64,000 bases of DNA from Marsupella aquatica (lineage: Eukaryota; Plantae; Marchantiophyta), in contig OZ316892.1 of NCBI GenBank assembly GCA_973895155.1, positions 14,128,861-14,192,860 on the forward strand, in the 5' to 3' direction. Under the pieces are notes generated by a model. It was not told where the DNA came from. It saw only the letters and a program-made list of their open reading frames with translations, and did no database searches. Numbering within the stretch: the stretch's first letter is position 1; every line of letters begins with the position of its first letter. A program made the position numbers and the translations under genes. Positions 36,544 through 50,173 of this stretch are shown one piece after another.

Positions 36544-37410
36544 TGGTGGAACCATCAGTGATGTAGGGGGCCGTGTTTGCCAAACTACCTGATGTCAATC
36601 CAGGCGATGGTCTTGAGTATTAGATCGAGAATTTTGTTAGTGGAGGTACCCTCTAAGGGAAGTTCTTAGGTTTCAGAGTATAATACCTTGTCGACAGTGG
36701 AAGTAGTTCAGTTCAGGAAACATCCAAGGGATTGGCACGATTAAATTAAATGTGGCTTCGATTGTTTAGGTTGCAAACTTTTCCGAATGGAAGTTACTAC
36801 CTACATAAACTTGAAGTCTCGGCTAGAATTGGATCATTTTCGCCCCACTGTGAATTAAAACCTTGGTCAATTCTTTGCAAAGGTCGGTGACAGTAGGACT
36901 CAAATATGGACGCACCATTTAGCACTCCTACTCCATGCCAGAATCGAATTCAAAAGCTGTGGGCTCTATCTTCAAGCTCTGACCAATTGAGTAATGAATG
37001 TACGGTGAGTACTCATTGTTTACGGTAATTGGTGTGTATGAGTATCTTCCTTATACAGAATCTTTGTTTTGGTGAATAACAGACTGAGCGGCCAGGATGT
37101 CCTTCATAAGTGGTACCGAGGTGGCTTCTATCGTTTTTGAGACCAGCTATTTCGAACAATCAAAAATAGGGGATATGGTGCGAAAAACTCTTGAAGTGAG
37201 GCGCCAGAGAAATCGCCTTGGAATAGTGAGAACGAGAACGGCCCGCGACCCGGTTAGGCCATTGCAAACGAGTCAGGTAGCTTGCCTCTCAATATTCTCC
37301 TACTATAAAGAGCTCCTAGTCTACGTAGAAGAAGTATCAGACCTATCCGATTGAGTCAGAGGTGGAAAATTTGGCCAAACATAATCGACCAAACCTTCAA
37401 TATGATATTA

Positions 37411-37782
37411 CGACGGGAAATGTCCAAAAGCTTGTCCTTCATTTCCTCATCTTGATCCAGAACTATTCTTCCTTTTGATCCAGAACTAAAAGCCCGAATG
37501 GACGGGAAATGTCCAAAAGCTTGTCCTTCATTTCCTCCTTTTGATCCAGAACTATTCTTCCTTTTGATCCAGAACTAAAAGCCCGGATGGATTGATAGAT
37601 TGTCTATGAAACCCCCATGGACAAACCAAATTTGGATGGACTTGACTCAAACACACATATATGGTTGGATATGGATGGACCTCCATGGACAAACCAAACT
37701 TGGATGGACTTGACTCAAACACACATATATGCTTGGATATGGATGGACTGGTAGGCCCCATGGACAAATCAAACTTGGATAT
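37411..37782. repeat. Two adjacent tandem repeats (~89 bp x2 and ~68 bp x2.5), likely a MITE-like remnant
   Basis: gacgggaaatgtccaaaagcttgtccttc... occurs twice. ccatggacaaaccaaa.ttggatggacttgactcaaacacacatatat occurs more than twice. Confidence 0.85.
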
Positions 37783-38660
37783 TATGTTTTACACTTGTGT
37801 ACAAATATATTTTGTTAGATCATCACTTCTGTTCAACTATCCAAAAGTACCATGTCCAAGCACTATCTCTATCCATTTTTGTCCAAGGGTACCATGTACC
37901 ATCATTGATTGCAAGCCTAGTTGTATTCTCTTAATATTCTATTCCCTCAAACAGGTCACTTTAACCATTTTCTAAGAGTTTAATAAAACAACAGAAAATA
38001 TGTAAGGTAAGTTTAGATATTTGTAGGCCTTATCTGGCCTTTATGGTAAATAAACTTATGTGTAAACTAAGCTCTCACAATGTACTCATAGCGCCTCAAG
38101 TAGTTTGTTCAATGAGCAAAAGCAAATTAATTCTATTTTTTTCAAAAATACTTGTATGTTTATAGTAGATCGCAAAACTCCCACAAAAGGGGGAAACAAG
38201 CAACACAATGACCCGTGAACCAATATAACAATTTTCACTAAGAAAGCAAGGGACAAATCTTGATTTTCATAGAGAATTGCTCTTGAGATGGAATACTATT
38301 TTTCAGAGTGTTACCTTTGTGTTAAGGAGGGGTTTGACTTATTTTGTTGCAGCAAAGCTACCTCAGATTTTAATCTAGGAGGGTATTGTTGAGAAATTTT
38401 ATTTTTCAAAGAACGTTGCTCTTGTTACAATAAGCGCTTTGAGTACTTTGCAGAGGTCTCAAAAATTCCAAATACAGTACTAGCTGTACATCTTTATATC
38501 ATTTCATGTATGTTTTCAGTTCACTTTTAGCTGCACAAAGTCTCCTAACATAATTAAAATGTAAGTAAACAATTAATGAGAACATTTATTACCTAGATTT
38601 TCTCATCATTAGGTGTAAGATGCTCAGTTTATGTGTCACAATCCATGGAAATGTTGGGAG

Positions 38661-38835
38661 ACAACCTCCCGGGCTTTGGTTTCTTTGATCCATGATATAA
38701 GAAAAGCATCAGCAACAACCTCCCAGTCCATATGGGCTTTGGTTTCTTTGATCCATGATATAAGAAAAGCATCAGTATCAACCTCCCAGTCCATACGGGC
38801 TTTGGTTTCTTTGATCCATGATAAAAGAAAAGCAT
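38661..38835. repeat. Tandem repeat, ~61 bp x3
   Basis: caacctccc...gggctttggtttctttgatccatgata(t)aagaaaagcat occurs three times. Confidence 0.9.
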
Positions 38836-39830
38836 TAGTGGGTCTGCCAATGTCGTTAGAGAAGGCAAAATGTCCAAAATTCCTTGTTTGCTCCATGATT
38901 TCATGAAATTGTTTAATAATTATGCCCATACCGGACTTTCAGTGTCATTAGAAAAGAGGAATTCTTGCTTCTTCGTAAGAGTCTTGTTGGCATGATGTCA
39001 TAACAACTAATGATACCTCGTTAGATCAGAGGTAGTGCCCCAAAATTCCCCTTTTTCCTGCCCCCTTTGCTTTCTCCTGTGAGAGGTTTATGTTGCTCTA
39101 TGAATTTAGGAAGAACGAATAGTTGGGTCTGTCAATACCAGGAGGTCTGACAACGAAACTTATGCAACTCCACAAGTTAAGAGGATCTTGCAAGCAGAAC
39201 ACAAGAACCACCTGAATCGACTTTTTCTTGGCAAGAGGACGACATAGGATGCCTGTCTGAAGGCTCCAAAGGTGATGATTGATCTAAAGATTTGTACTAC
39301 ACATGAGAGGATTTGGTTGATGGTGCTACGTCATCCACATTGCGCAAGTCAACTCAATAGGCTTAACCCACAAGTTTGCTCAGAGGCTGTTTCAATAAAT
39401 CTTCCTTAAGAGCACCAACTCGAAGAATTTCCTGCTATGTCAAATTCAGCTTAATAACTGAACACAGATAATCTAGACTCTCTGCTATTGAGTGTAAGAC
39501 CAGGAATTCACTGCACATAATTACTGTCTGCCTCTCAGTTAACAGAGGGGTATGAAGGTCAGGGCGTTGGAAAACAATATCTCTGGACTTTCAAAAGCTA
39601 CTAGTTTTTGAAGCCACATTGATTAAAGGTCAGTGAGAACAACAGTAGCCATTCTCAGGACACTAGCCGCACGAATAAGTATTTCCAGCAATTGGTACAA
39701 TTTCTGAAATCTGAAACCTCGTGTTAACCTTCCTGGCCAAAGCCAAGGAATCATTGCTTCGGAAATTGGTGTCGACAGAAACCAACATCACCCAATCAAA
39801 AGACTAAACTCGCTTTTGCGCAGTAGCATA

Positions 39831-41810
39831 TTACATGCCAAATACAAGATCAACGAGTTTTGAAAGTGTTGACTTTGCAGGGGATGCAATCACCGATGAA
39901 GTACGTGATGCAAGCCCTCCAGTTTCAGCAGCCTTTGTGTAGGGAGACCATGGAGAAGGTTGGGCAGCTATGGCAGTACCTCGAGTGGGTACTCGTGGTG
40001 GAAGAGCTGTGAATGAGAGTCCACCTGATTTCACCTTCTCTGTAAGACCTTGGGATTGAAGAGGATCCAATCGTTTCACGCCAACTATGAGAGCACCATT
40101 AAGTTGTATGCCATTTTTTTGTAAAGCTTTCTGCGCATCATAATGGTTCTGCAAAATAAAGTATTGGAAAAATTAGCGTAATGAAAAGGATGGGAAAGAC
40201 CCATGCACCCTTTTTTGCGAGGTGAATGACTCTATTCATGGGTCATCTGTAGATTCCTGCCTGGCATAGAAGTGGGAAGCTGCAAAACAACGCTTAGTCT
40301 TTATAAAAACATATGCAAAAAATTCGAAGGATTTCTGGAACAACAGCACACGTGATTATCTGACAGTCCTATACACTCATGACATGGCCACAAAGAAAAT
40401 TGATGGGCAGTAACTAGATATTTCAACTAGCAAAAACTTATTGCCACACGATGGATCAGCCTTGACCGAGTCCTGTACCTGGTACTGCAGATGGACCCAG
40501 TTTGTACCACCAGGACCGGGTACATGGTTGACGATCCGCCCACATTTTTCAAATTCCCGCATCACTGAATTGGTTTCATCCACGCCAAACCTGTTGAACA
40601 CCAGTTCCAGAGGGTCAGTGATCGGCATTTCTATTTCAGTTAATCACCGTTAGAACACATGTCCATAAGACAACCCCAAAAGCTTCCAGAACGCGAAAGT
40701 CAGTTGCCGCAAATTGATACTTCAATCAGTTGATAAGTAAGTTAACATCAGAAAGTATTCATATATAGTGGTCTAGATACTGGTAATTTGTTGTAGAGTG
40801 CAGGACATTCAAAAGTCAGACTGTCTGCAGGGCTGCTCTTCAAAAGCTCAGAGCACGTAACTTAGGACGAACGGATTGAAAAATATTATAGCACAATCAA
40901 GAAAAGAGGCTCTGATTTCGAAGGACAGTCACGAATGTCGGCGGTTGAATACCATAACAATTCTTCACCACTTTATCCCTCAATGACTCGACGCTATGTT
41001 CCACACGACTCGAAAATGACAAACTCTCGTTTATTTGACAGAGAAATAGCTGAGTGCAATCACCAAAAAGGCTTCCAAAGCTATTGGTTAGCATGATGCG
41101 ATGACTTCCTCGAAATGTACATTTGTATGAAGGTGTAAGTAGTTTAGGGTAATTGGAAGTCAGTAATGTTACCCAAAAACGGTCACCCAGCCATCACCAT
41201 CCACGCCTTCGTCGATTGAGCTAGCAGCGCGAAACTCCGGTCGTACAATCTCCCCCGGCGCTGATAAAGTGAGCAAACCGCCGGATTGTTGTTGCTGGAC
41301 AACGCCAGACAGCGGACTACTTCCGTCTCTGCCATTAGCCTCCACACCGTCTAATCTTCTCTCTTTTAGAGGCGACCACCAAGAGTTGGTTCCTGATACT
41401 TGTGATTGTTGTTGTGGAGTGGCGGATGCACCCTGTAAGCCTTGACTTTCCCCAGAAGGCAGACTGTATCCCCCTCCACCACCGGGTGACACAGAGGCCA
41501 TCCTGCTGCTTGACAGTTTTCTCTCTGTAAACTTTGGGGTTGAATGGAAGGACAGATTGATATTGGACTCGGGGGATTTTTCTATCCGATCTTCAAGAGT
41601 GTAAAATGGTGGAGGAGGAGGATCCGACCCTCCCCCGTCATTCTCTCTCCAAAGCGCTGCGGTCGCCTGATTAGGACTGGCGACATCTCCTCCCACTGAT
41701 GAGGTATGAGTTGCAGGCGACAAGCCCAAGTCTCTGTAAAATAGAGACTGAGGTTTTGCTCCCTTCGGAGTACGTGTATGTACGCCTGCACTCATGCCTG
41801 TAGTGACCAT
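39831..41810 (-). CDS. NUP35: Nuclear pore complex protein NUP35/Nup53 (exons 41810-41173, 40590-40479, 40148-39831)
   Basis: N-terminal motifs HTRTPK...QSLFYRDL and ALWREN.GGSDPPPPPFYTLEDR. RRM-like WVTVFGF...NSVMREFEKCG.IVNHVPGP..NWVHLQYQN..DAQKAL.KNG.QLNG.LIVGVK. C-terminal SKLVDLVFGM. The splice junctions keep frame. Confidence 0.95.
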
Positions 41811-42969
41811 AACTCTTCGTCAGATGTCTAGAAGTTCTTTGGACTGGTCTTCAGATCAATGGCGCTCTAAAATAAACCGCAGTCCACAAAACCCTTATTC
41901 CTCCTCAGCCTTGGTCGAATAATCGAGTAGAGATGTTAACAGTTCTGCGGCCGATGCCAAACATACCTAAGACAGCAACCATGATATCTCAGAATCCGAG
42001 ACATTCATAATTCTCATAGACAATACGACATGCCTCCCAGGAATCTAACCGCATTTTTGCCATACATCATTTACAAAAACGGCAGTCGTTCTCGTGCACA
42101 CACTTACGATTTGGCAATCCCGCCCTTCACCAGGAAGGTTTAAAATCACACCATAAGGAGCACATTAACGACGGAGAACCTACCGTGGAAAGACATGTCA
42201 AAAATTGTTGGATTGAAAAAGGGTCACTGGGCACTTGAGAGTCGCTCCCAAACGCACTGGAACCCTCTCTGGAACAGGGTCCACGGTAGGTTGAAACTCT
42301 AGGGCTATCAAACCGAACCGAACCACTTTTTATAACACGAGAAAAAATTCTTCACCATAAAGGCAAAGCGGTTTCAGGAGTGGGGCAAGGACCATCTCAT
42401 TATCCTCCCGACCGACGGACTCAGCTCAGCGAAGGTATACCTTGAAGACAATCATTCAAACAGAACTTGCCAAAATAACTGATCGCAAGAATCAAGAATT
42501 CCAGACTTCTCCAACCCCATTCAACTAAATAAAATCATTATGGCCAACTCTCCTCTCCCACAGTATCACACTTAGAAGCGTGCCGAGGCAACAGCACGAC
42601 CTGCATTCTAGATTTTTCAAGCAAATAAAGCAATGAAAGGGACCAACATCCCCATCACCCACCTCTATAACAACGGCCTCCCGGATGCGCCGCACATCAG
42701 CTCTCCGATCCCGGCTGCTCTCCCGGCTGACCGCGCACCCTGTGCTGCAGCAGCAGCAGCAGGAGCAGCAGAAATCAGGCGTCTCCGGTTCAGAGTTGTA
42801 TCGTCTCTCGTACACCTCCTGCCTCGCGAATGACTGAAGAGCTGCTCCTGGTTTTTCCCGTTACTCAATCTCAACAGCTCTCCTCTCCCCTCCTCTCGTC
42901 TACCTTCCAGTGACGATTTCCTGCACAATGTTCCTTTCTTAGGATTCCTGCTGCTTCGAAACTCCTCCA

Positions 42970-43231
42970 CCTTCTACACAGCTTTGGAGACCTTCTACAC
43001 AGCTTTGGAGACCTTCTACACAGCTTTGGAGTCCGAGAGATCAACTTCAGATTTGCTGCTCTACACTCTAAAGGAGAGCGCGCACCTACAGGTGAACGTT
43101 ACGTTCGTGAAAGACACGAGACACGAATCCATACGGAAGTCAATTTTTGGTGCCCTTATACAAACTTTTTGGTGCTCTTATATAAACGATTTGGTGCTCT
43201 TATACAAACGTTTTGGTGCTCTTATACAAAC
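42970..43231. repeat. Short tandem repeats in the NUP35 upstream region (21 bp x3; ~21 bp x4)
   Basis: ccttctacacagctttggaga occurs three times and tttggtgctcttatacaaac four times. Confidence 0.85.
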
Positions 43232-44263
43232 TAAAACTACTGTAGAGGAATTGTTTTTGGACAAAAATTAACCTATTCGTAAAGTTCATGCAGTTTTTCA
43301 TGCAGCTTTTGCAACACTTTGTGCTTCTCGTATATGAAGTAAAACTAGGGGAATTGTTTCTGGAAAAATTAACCTATTCATAAAGTTCATGCATCTTGCT
43401 ACACTGTCCCAAGAAAAACTGGTATGTTTGACCAGCTAGGACCAGGCATGAGTGGTGTTAGGGTTAAGTCTAGTCTTGGGTTAAATTTACTTAGGAGAAT
43501 CACCATTAGGGTCTTACTGGAGGTTAGTCGCGACTGGCATGTAGAGGAGCAACGAAATGTTCCTCATTGAGACTCATGCTCACTTGTGGAGGGGCAAACT
43601 AGGAGCTAGGCTAACATTCTTAGAGCTTGTACAAGGAGGCATGGTGTGACTATGGTGGTGAAAGCTTACTAGTAAATCTTTTGTATTCTCATGGACATAG
43701 CATTGGCTAAGGTGAGCCGTACATCTCTCATGTCAATGTGTATGTGCTAGCTGGTTGCACTCTTGTATGGTGTTGCCAGTTTTCTCAGCAACACCTCCCT
43801 AACACTCAAGTTTCCTTATGCGATGAGGGTGATGCAAACCATCAAATTCTCCAAAGTGACATTCTCAGGGCCGTAGGATCTTCTAAAGTTAACTAGGGTT
43901 AAGTCACTAAACCTTCGCATGCTAACCTCACTACCAACAGAAAGTTTCATTCACCCCCTTTGCCAACACTTATATGTGGTCTCACTATAATTAATGTGTA
44001 ATTGGAGACTGTTGCTGGATAGGCTTCCTATGTGCCAACCCCGTTTGCTGGAACGAGGATCCTACTTTCTGGTTTCAAGTCACCCCTCTTCTTGGACAAA
44101 GGGGCTGTACAAAGGGAATGTACCTCTCCTGACATGGTACACTTCCACTGCTTACCCCCTTTGCCACGGTAGAGGTAAGGGCAGGCAAACAGGGGTGAAT
44201 GGAAATAAAAGCATAGCACTTACTCTGTCCATAAACCTCTCCTGTAGTTTTTGCTTTGTCTTT

Positions 44264-44340
44264 CTATGGATGGTTATGAGCCATAAGACCCCTACCAGCC
44301 TGGCCCTGGGGTTATGAGATGTTTGCCCTTGTGGCTAGCC
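44264..44340. repeat. Dispersed repeat; an inverted copy lies at ~56105-56180
   Basis: atggatggttatgagccataa.acccctac.agcctggcc...ggttatg matches the reverse complement of 56105-56180. Confidence 0.7.
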
Positions 44341-45634
44341 CACATGGATGGTCAATTTGCAGGATTTGATCATAACTACATTTGGGGGTTACACATGCTA
44401 ATCCATGGACACTCGGGACTGGATTCAATGGGAGTAAAAGATCCAAGGGCATTCATGTGCATTCAATGACCAATTACTACCCAAGGGTATGTGTGTGTGT
44501 ATTAGTGGGTTGGGTGTAGTGGTGGGAGTACTGGTTTCTCCTTAGCCCCAGGTTAGCTCACTTTGGCGCCTTGGTTTGACCCTCTCACCCTCCTGGTCTG
44601 GGTCCCTATCTGATCCTTGGGTGTCATCCCTTTGTGTTTACCCTACATAAAATTACATACTCCAGAGCAGAAAGTCTATCCTCAGTTGGATCAGTCTGCT
44701 CTCGCTTTCAAGGCAAAAAAATACTACCAGAGTCCCATGGGTGTCAAATTTTCTGTTGTGGACAACATGACAGGCTCCAGTTCTATGATGTTGATCCCTG
44801 TAGTGATAGCCACAACAGGTCCTTGTGTCCATGTGCTCCCCCTACAAGGAATTATGGAGTTGCTCTGAACACTAGTGATAGGTTTCTTTTCTGGATCCCT
44901 CTCATGCTTGTTTTTAGGTGGCTAACACTCACTCACGCTTGGCCTAAGGTCATTTGTAAGACCTTGGGGCTGGTTCGGGTGGCTGCCTTTGCTGCACCAC
45001 TGGGTGGTCGTCAGTTCGGCTTCTGATCCGATGTGTTTCTTTTTGTGCCCCATTGGTCTTCACTGCGGTGGTCTCTGGAATACATTGTGCGCACTGTTGT
45101 TTAAAATGGAAAAAAAAATGGGTGTAATCTACTCTGGGCCATGGGTTACCCCTCCACCACCCCACTCCCCAAGAAACTGGGGGTGGAAGAGGAGGGGGTG
45201 AACGGAAAGGGGGTGAATGAAAACTGCTACCCTGGTAGAACCGTAACCCCCGAGAGCAGGGCTTTACAGTGCACGTATAGCACTATAGCAGTGCGGAAAT
45301 TGGAATGTGTGGCAGGGGATCGAGCAGAGTGTAGATGAGGGTGGGAAGTGAACGAAGGGGACGACATTTTGCTGTCCCGAGGAATGATCGAATGAATCAA
45401 TGGTAGAACTCACATGTGACGAGGATGCGAGAGCAGCAGCAGGTCATGGAGAAAGAGCAGCAGCAGGTCAGGGAAGGATGAAATTGAGCTTCAGACGAGA
45501 ATTCGGGTCCATGGCGCTCCGATTCCGCTGTACATGCCGCCGTAGGGAAGGGATGCAATCGAGCTTCGTTTTGCGGCAGACACAACAGTAGAGTAATTCG
45601 GGCGCATGGTGCTTCGATTCCGCTGTTACATCTA

Positions 45635-45638
<4 letters not shown>

Positions 45639-45694
<56 letters not shown>
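45639..45694. repeat. (GA)n microsatellite in the 5' region of the PPR gene
   Basis: Perfect GA run about 55 bp upstream of the ATG. Confidence 0.97.
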
Positions 45695-45698
<4 letters not shown>

Positions 45699-45747
45699 GA
45701 GATAGATCTTTGCACCAATTCGTTTCTTCCCGCCCAGCGCCAGCATT

Positions 45748-47931
45748 ATGTTGGTTATTGGTGACGGGATCCGATCATCCTTCGTGATTCAGGGTACCGT
45801 TCGTGCCTCTTCTACTCCATCATCTTCTTCTTCTTCTTCTTCTTCGTCGTCGTCGTCGTCGTCGTCACCACCATCATCAGCAATTGCGGCTGCTGCTACT
45901 ACGAGTGTCGCGATTGTAAAGGACGGAGGGTTAAGTGGCAAGAAGGACGTGGGCGTGGGTGTGCGGGGAAGAATTGTGGTGGACCTGAAATGCAGAGCAC
46001 ATCAAGAGGTCGTGGGCATCATCCCTAGCACGGAGAGGAAGCAGCTACATGTAGTACCTGAAGTGAAGGAATTGGAACAAAGCAATGGCAGGGATGAGAA
46101 TGAATTGGTCGTGTTGCCTCCGTTTCCCGCAGGAATTGCCGCTCCTCGTTTCGAGTCTGGTGCACATCAGCTGGAGATCTCTTTGCATGACTTGAGACTT
46201 CTATCAAGACAGTCGACGTCGTCGTCGGAATTGCTTTCGTCGTCGGAATCAAGTGGGGATGGGCGAAATGACGATGATGATAACGCTTCGCCATCGCGGT
46301 CTGCGTCTGGGGCCCAGGAGGACTTTCCGAATGAGGCGTCAAATGCAACGACGCCATCAAGGCAACCACAACCTTCGCGGCCGAAGAAAATGTGGCGAGG
46401 TGTTCGTCGACCGAGACGGAAGCCACCTCAGCCCCCCTGGAGCGAAGATGATTTTACGCAAAGGGCGAAGCTCATGCTGGAATCCATCCTGTTCGAATCG
46501 GAATCCATGGCTAACGAGGAAGGGACTGAGATTCTTCATCGAAGTTGTCCCCGTGTAGTAGTCGAGGATGTCTTGAATTCGTGGTTGGGCAAGATCACTA
46601 GAGTAGAGTTAACGAGGCTTATAAAGGATCTCGGCTTTCAACGGCAACCATTTTTAGCTAAGGAGGTTTTCTACTGGATGCAAAGACAGAAGGGACGACT
46701 GAAGCCGAGTGCCCATGTATATAGCGCTATCCTCGGAATGTTGGGTCGTGCAGGCATGGTAAGCGAAGCTTGGGAGATTTTTAATTCTCCACAAGTGAGG
46801 AGCCTGCAATCTGTACATATCTACAATTCAATGATGAGTGCCTACCTGAAATGCGGGAATTTTCAAAGGGCTTGGGAGTTGTACGAGGATTTGTGCGCTC
46901 TCGGGCTCGAAGCGGATGAGGTTACCTTCAACACGCTCCTTAGCGGGATCTCAAGAGCAGGATCAGAAATGGCTCTCAAAGCGGCAACAGCTGAAAAGCT
47001 CCTCTGTAAAATGAAGCTGGCAGGAATCCCTCCCGGACGATATACGTATAATACTCTTTTAATGGTGTTCAGCCAATGTGGGAACTTGGAAGGTGCTGCC
47101 TCACTGCTTGAAGAAATGCGAGCTGCGAACCAGACGCCGGACCTCTATACTTATAACAGTGTCATTGGCATGTATGGACGAGCTGGCAAGTACAAGAAAG
47201 CATTGCAAATCTACGACGTTTTGAGAGCTGCAGGTACTTTACCGGATGTCGTGACATACACACATCTCATGCAAATGTTCAGCCGGGCCCAGGACACGGA
47301 ATCGGCCATCGAGAAATTTTCTGAAATGCAGAGGGTCGGATGCACGCCAGATTTGATGACTTATAGTCTAATGGTTCACATCTATGGGAAGGCTGGTCTA
47401 GCTGCGGAAGCGGAGCAAGCTTTCAAAAGAATGCAGGAAGCGGGATTCAAGCCCAACATTGTGACGTGGACCTCGTTGATTCAGGCTTTTGGTAATGGAG
47501 GCATGTTGGAGAAAGTTAGTTCTTGTTTTGCTGAGATGCTCAAGTCTGGTTGTCAGCCAGATGCATCGCTTTTTAATATTATGATGACAGCCTACAGACG
47601 GGCTGAACTCCCAATCCATGCTGCCAGCTTATTCAGGAAGATGAAGTCACAAGGCATCGAACCGAATGCGGCCTGTTTTAACACTTTGATTCACGCCTTC
47701 TCTGAAAGTGGGCAACGTGAGGACGCTAAGGCATGGCATGAACAGATGGTCAGGTCTGGATTTGCGCCAGACAAGCTTAGTCGTCGTTTATTGAACAACC
47801 TTTCACCCAGTAGGAGAAAATGTAATAGCGATACGCGGAGGTCAGAGAAGAAACTCCATTCGATTCAATTTGTGGGCGTGCCACCTCCTTTAGAAAATAC
47901 GTCGTCAACCGATTCTTTTACTCAAATGTGA
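45748..47931 (+). CDS. P-class pentatricopeptide repeat protein (727 aa, single exon, likely plastid-targeted)
   Basis: Ser-rich N-terminus followed by about 11 tandem 35-aa PPR motifs (e.g. PDLYTYNSVIGMYGRAG, PNIVTWTSLIQAFGNGG). No E/DYW domain. Confidence 0.93.
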   Translation: MLVIGDGIRSSFVIQGTVRASSTPSSSSSSSSSSSSSSSSPPSSAIAAAATTSVAIVKDGGLSGKKDVGVGVRGRIVVDLKCRAHQEVVGIIPSTERKQLHVVPEVKELEQSNGRDENELVVLPPFPAGIAAPRFESGAHQLEISLHDLRLLSRQSTSSSELLSSSESSGDGRNDDDDNASPSRSASGAQEDFPNEASNATTPSRQPQPSRPKKMWRGVRRPRRKPPQPPWSEDDFTQRAKLMLESILFESESMANEEGTEILHRSCPRVVVEDVLNSWLGKITRVELTRLIKDLGFQRQPFLAKEVFYWMQRQKGRLKPSAHVYSAILGMLGRAGMVSEAWEIFNSPQVRSLQSVHIYNSMMSAYLKCGNFQRAWELYEDLCALGLEADEVTFNTLLSGISRAGSEMALKAATAEKLLCKMKLAGIPPGRYTYNTLLMVFSQCGNLEGAASLLEEMRAANQTPDLYTYNSVIGMYGRAGKYKKALQIYDVLRAAGTLPDVVTYTHLMQMFSRAQDTESAIEKFSEMQRVGCTPDLMTYSLMVHIYGKAGLAAEAEQAFKRMQEAGFKPNIVTWTSLIQAFGNGGMLEKVSSCFAEMLKSGCQPDASLFNIMMTAYRRAELPIHAASLFRKMKSQGIEPNAACFNTLIHAFSESGQREDAKAWHEQMVRSGFAPDKLSRRLLNNLSPSRRKCNSDTRRSEKKLHSIQFVGVPPPLENTSSTDSFTQM

Positions 47932-49450
47932 AGCTGCACTCCTTATGTGGAGCTTCTCTCAACGTGATTATTTCTGGCACCCTTGATTTGATCTACATTA
48001 ACCTTTGGGTGACTCATTTTTCTGGCTTCTACACGACTGTCAAATGCCTTGAATGAAATTAGTTTCTGAATTGAAGGTGCGACTGTCATCCGTCCTCACA
48101 GCAAACCAGAATGAATGTCTTATCATTTTCTGTTCTACTTCGATGAAAAGTATCAGTCCCAACGTTGTTACTGTTTTTGCCTTCCTTGTAGGAAATTATC
48201 AGTGCTTTCTTTACTTCTCCTTGAACAGGGAGTTCGGAAGTTGTATACCTAGGAAGGTTTCCTGTCGTTTGAAGGACTGGTTTCGTTGACAATCTACTGT
48301 CCAGAACAAGGGCTAAGAGCGAAACGACGTTGTTACATTGTGCTGTGTTGCAATCGAGTTGCAGAAGGTAATGAATATTTTGCCCTTTCCTCTCCCTTGC
48401 CTAAGAGTGCAAGCCCTCCTGTCCAACATTCGGGTTTAAGAAAGAATCTATTGTCAAAAGCGATATTGTAGGAGCAAGAATCATCTTAACGTGCATGAGT
48501 TACGTTATAGCGATAGAAGACACGGCATAAGAGCAGGGCGGGGATTGCGCAGGTGCACCTTTGGTTGCAACCGTGTCTCAGTTTGTCTACTGCCTTCTAT
48601 TGCATTACAAGGAGTAAAATTACTTAATCGGAGAGCAGGACATATCAAGATTGAGGAATTGCCTTTTGTTTGGGGTTTCATACGACAGGGTTGGGTAGAA
48701 ACGCGATGCAATCCATCCAACGAAAGCAATCTCTTGGTGCGAAGCCGTTGCGATGACGGAGAACTATCGGCAGAGCTTGCGTGCATGGGGGTATCGCCCT
48801 AGGAGCAAGAAGTCTACAGATGTCATGGATGAAGTGGGACAGACAAAACGGGTGATAAAGACATCAAAGTCACGGGAACCCACACTGCTATCCCATGGAC
48901 GACGAAAGTAGGCTTGCATTGAGTCTCGGCGCACGGCTCTGGGGATTGACGTAGGCAAAGGTAAATTCTAAGGAGAAACTCGAAGAATTTGGTGGCACGT
49001 ATGAAACAGGTGGAAAGAATGTTTACGGAAGGAGGTTCTCCAGAATTCTCTGCTTGTCAATGGGAATGTTGTCCCTAAGCAAGTTCGGGGAAGAGCGAAG
49101 ATTTCAGTCCGCCGCCTAAGTATATCTGCACGATGGACACGATGCGATGGATCCACATAACAATCAAGAGATGTAGGAAAAGCAAGAGGGACGAGAAAGA
49201 CTGTGATGGAAGAACAAAGACTGCACAATTAAAGCTCGCCTGGCAGGAAGAGCATTTTCGGTATCATTGTGTACAAGGACATGTTTATGATGATGCGAAG
49301 CACCTCGGTAAATTATTAACGACGAGAGCCAATCTCGAGGGTAATTAATGCTAATTCGCATTGATTACCCTGTACGTGCTGCCCGCTGTCCGCTTGTGCT
49401 GGATCTAATTTTAGGTTAAATGCCTGGTGCGAATGCATGTTGACATGAAT

Positions 49451-49522
49451 TGGGGAAAGGCTCACTGGTAGCTCACCTCAGTTGGGGAGTGGGAGGTGCC
49501 AGGTTCGAGTCCTGCAATCAAC
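49451..49522 (+). pseudogene. Degenerate tRNA (Pro-like) or tRNA-derived SINE head
   Basis: An A-box-like aggctcactggta and a B-box ggttcgagtcc occur at tRNA-like spacing, with TGG/GGG in the anticodon region. The acceptor stem does not pair well. Confidence 0.45.
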
Positions 49523-49805
49523 AAGAATGCTTTTTAACATTCACCCCACCCAAAAAGTGGGGATCATTCATGCTAAATAAAATTCAAAAAACTTGTGAGG
49601 GGGCGGGCAGTAGGCGCGGGCAGGCGTACCCGAGGCTCTTAATGAGCCTCGAGATTGCCTTTCGTCGTGAATGGTAAATTACGATTTAGGGTAACCCATC
49701 CCCATGAGGGGGTACTATGATTAAGGGTGATCCATCCCCAAGAGTGGGTAAAATGGAATGTAAGCCGAGAGGGCCCTGACCCCAGGGGGTGAGCCCCAGG
49801 GGTTA

Positions 49806-50173
49806 GAGCATCTCAAGTGGTGCCCATTTTTTGCCAGTAACCTCCAAAAGTCATCATTTGGTGGTGACGTATAGAGGTCACCCTCCCCACTGGTCCCCCG
49901 TATCTCCACATTTCTGGCGGTCGACATCTCAAAGTCTGGACTCTGGCCGCCACAGTTCCCAACTTTGGCAGTCGCCTCCTGCAACCCCCATTGTGACCTC
50001 CATCAGCATCTACGGCACAAAGCCATCCATGCTCCGCGCAAGCTGGGCCAAGGGCAGTTCGAACCCTGGGTTTTAGAGGATGGCAGCCAAGAATCCCACT
50101 ACCGCTGGAGATGAGAGTTATGATGGCAATCGGGGCTAGTTTATGGTGTCAAATTGTACAGCTGGAGATGCTC
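49806..50173. mobile_element. Tourist/PIF-Harbinger-type MITE
   Basis: TIRs GAGCATCTC...GAGATGCTC, flanked by TTA at 49803-49805 and 50174-50176. Confidence 0.85.

Noticed and set aside
43405-43967. Solo LTR (TGT...CAACA, weak resemblance to the copia LTR)
   Set aside because: No TSD, PBS or PPT could be matched and the boundaries are ambiguous.
49451-49522. Functional tRNA-Pro gene
   Set aside because: The acceptor and anticodon stems pair poorly; kept only as a pseudogene/SINE candidate.
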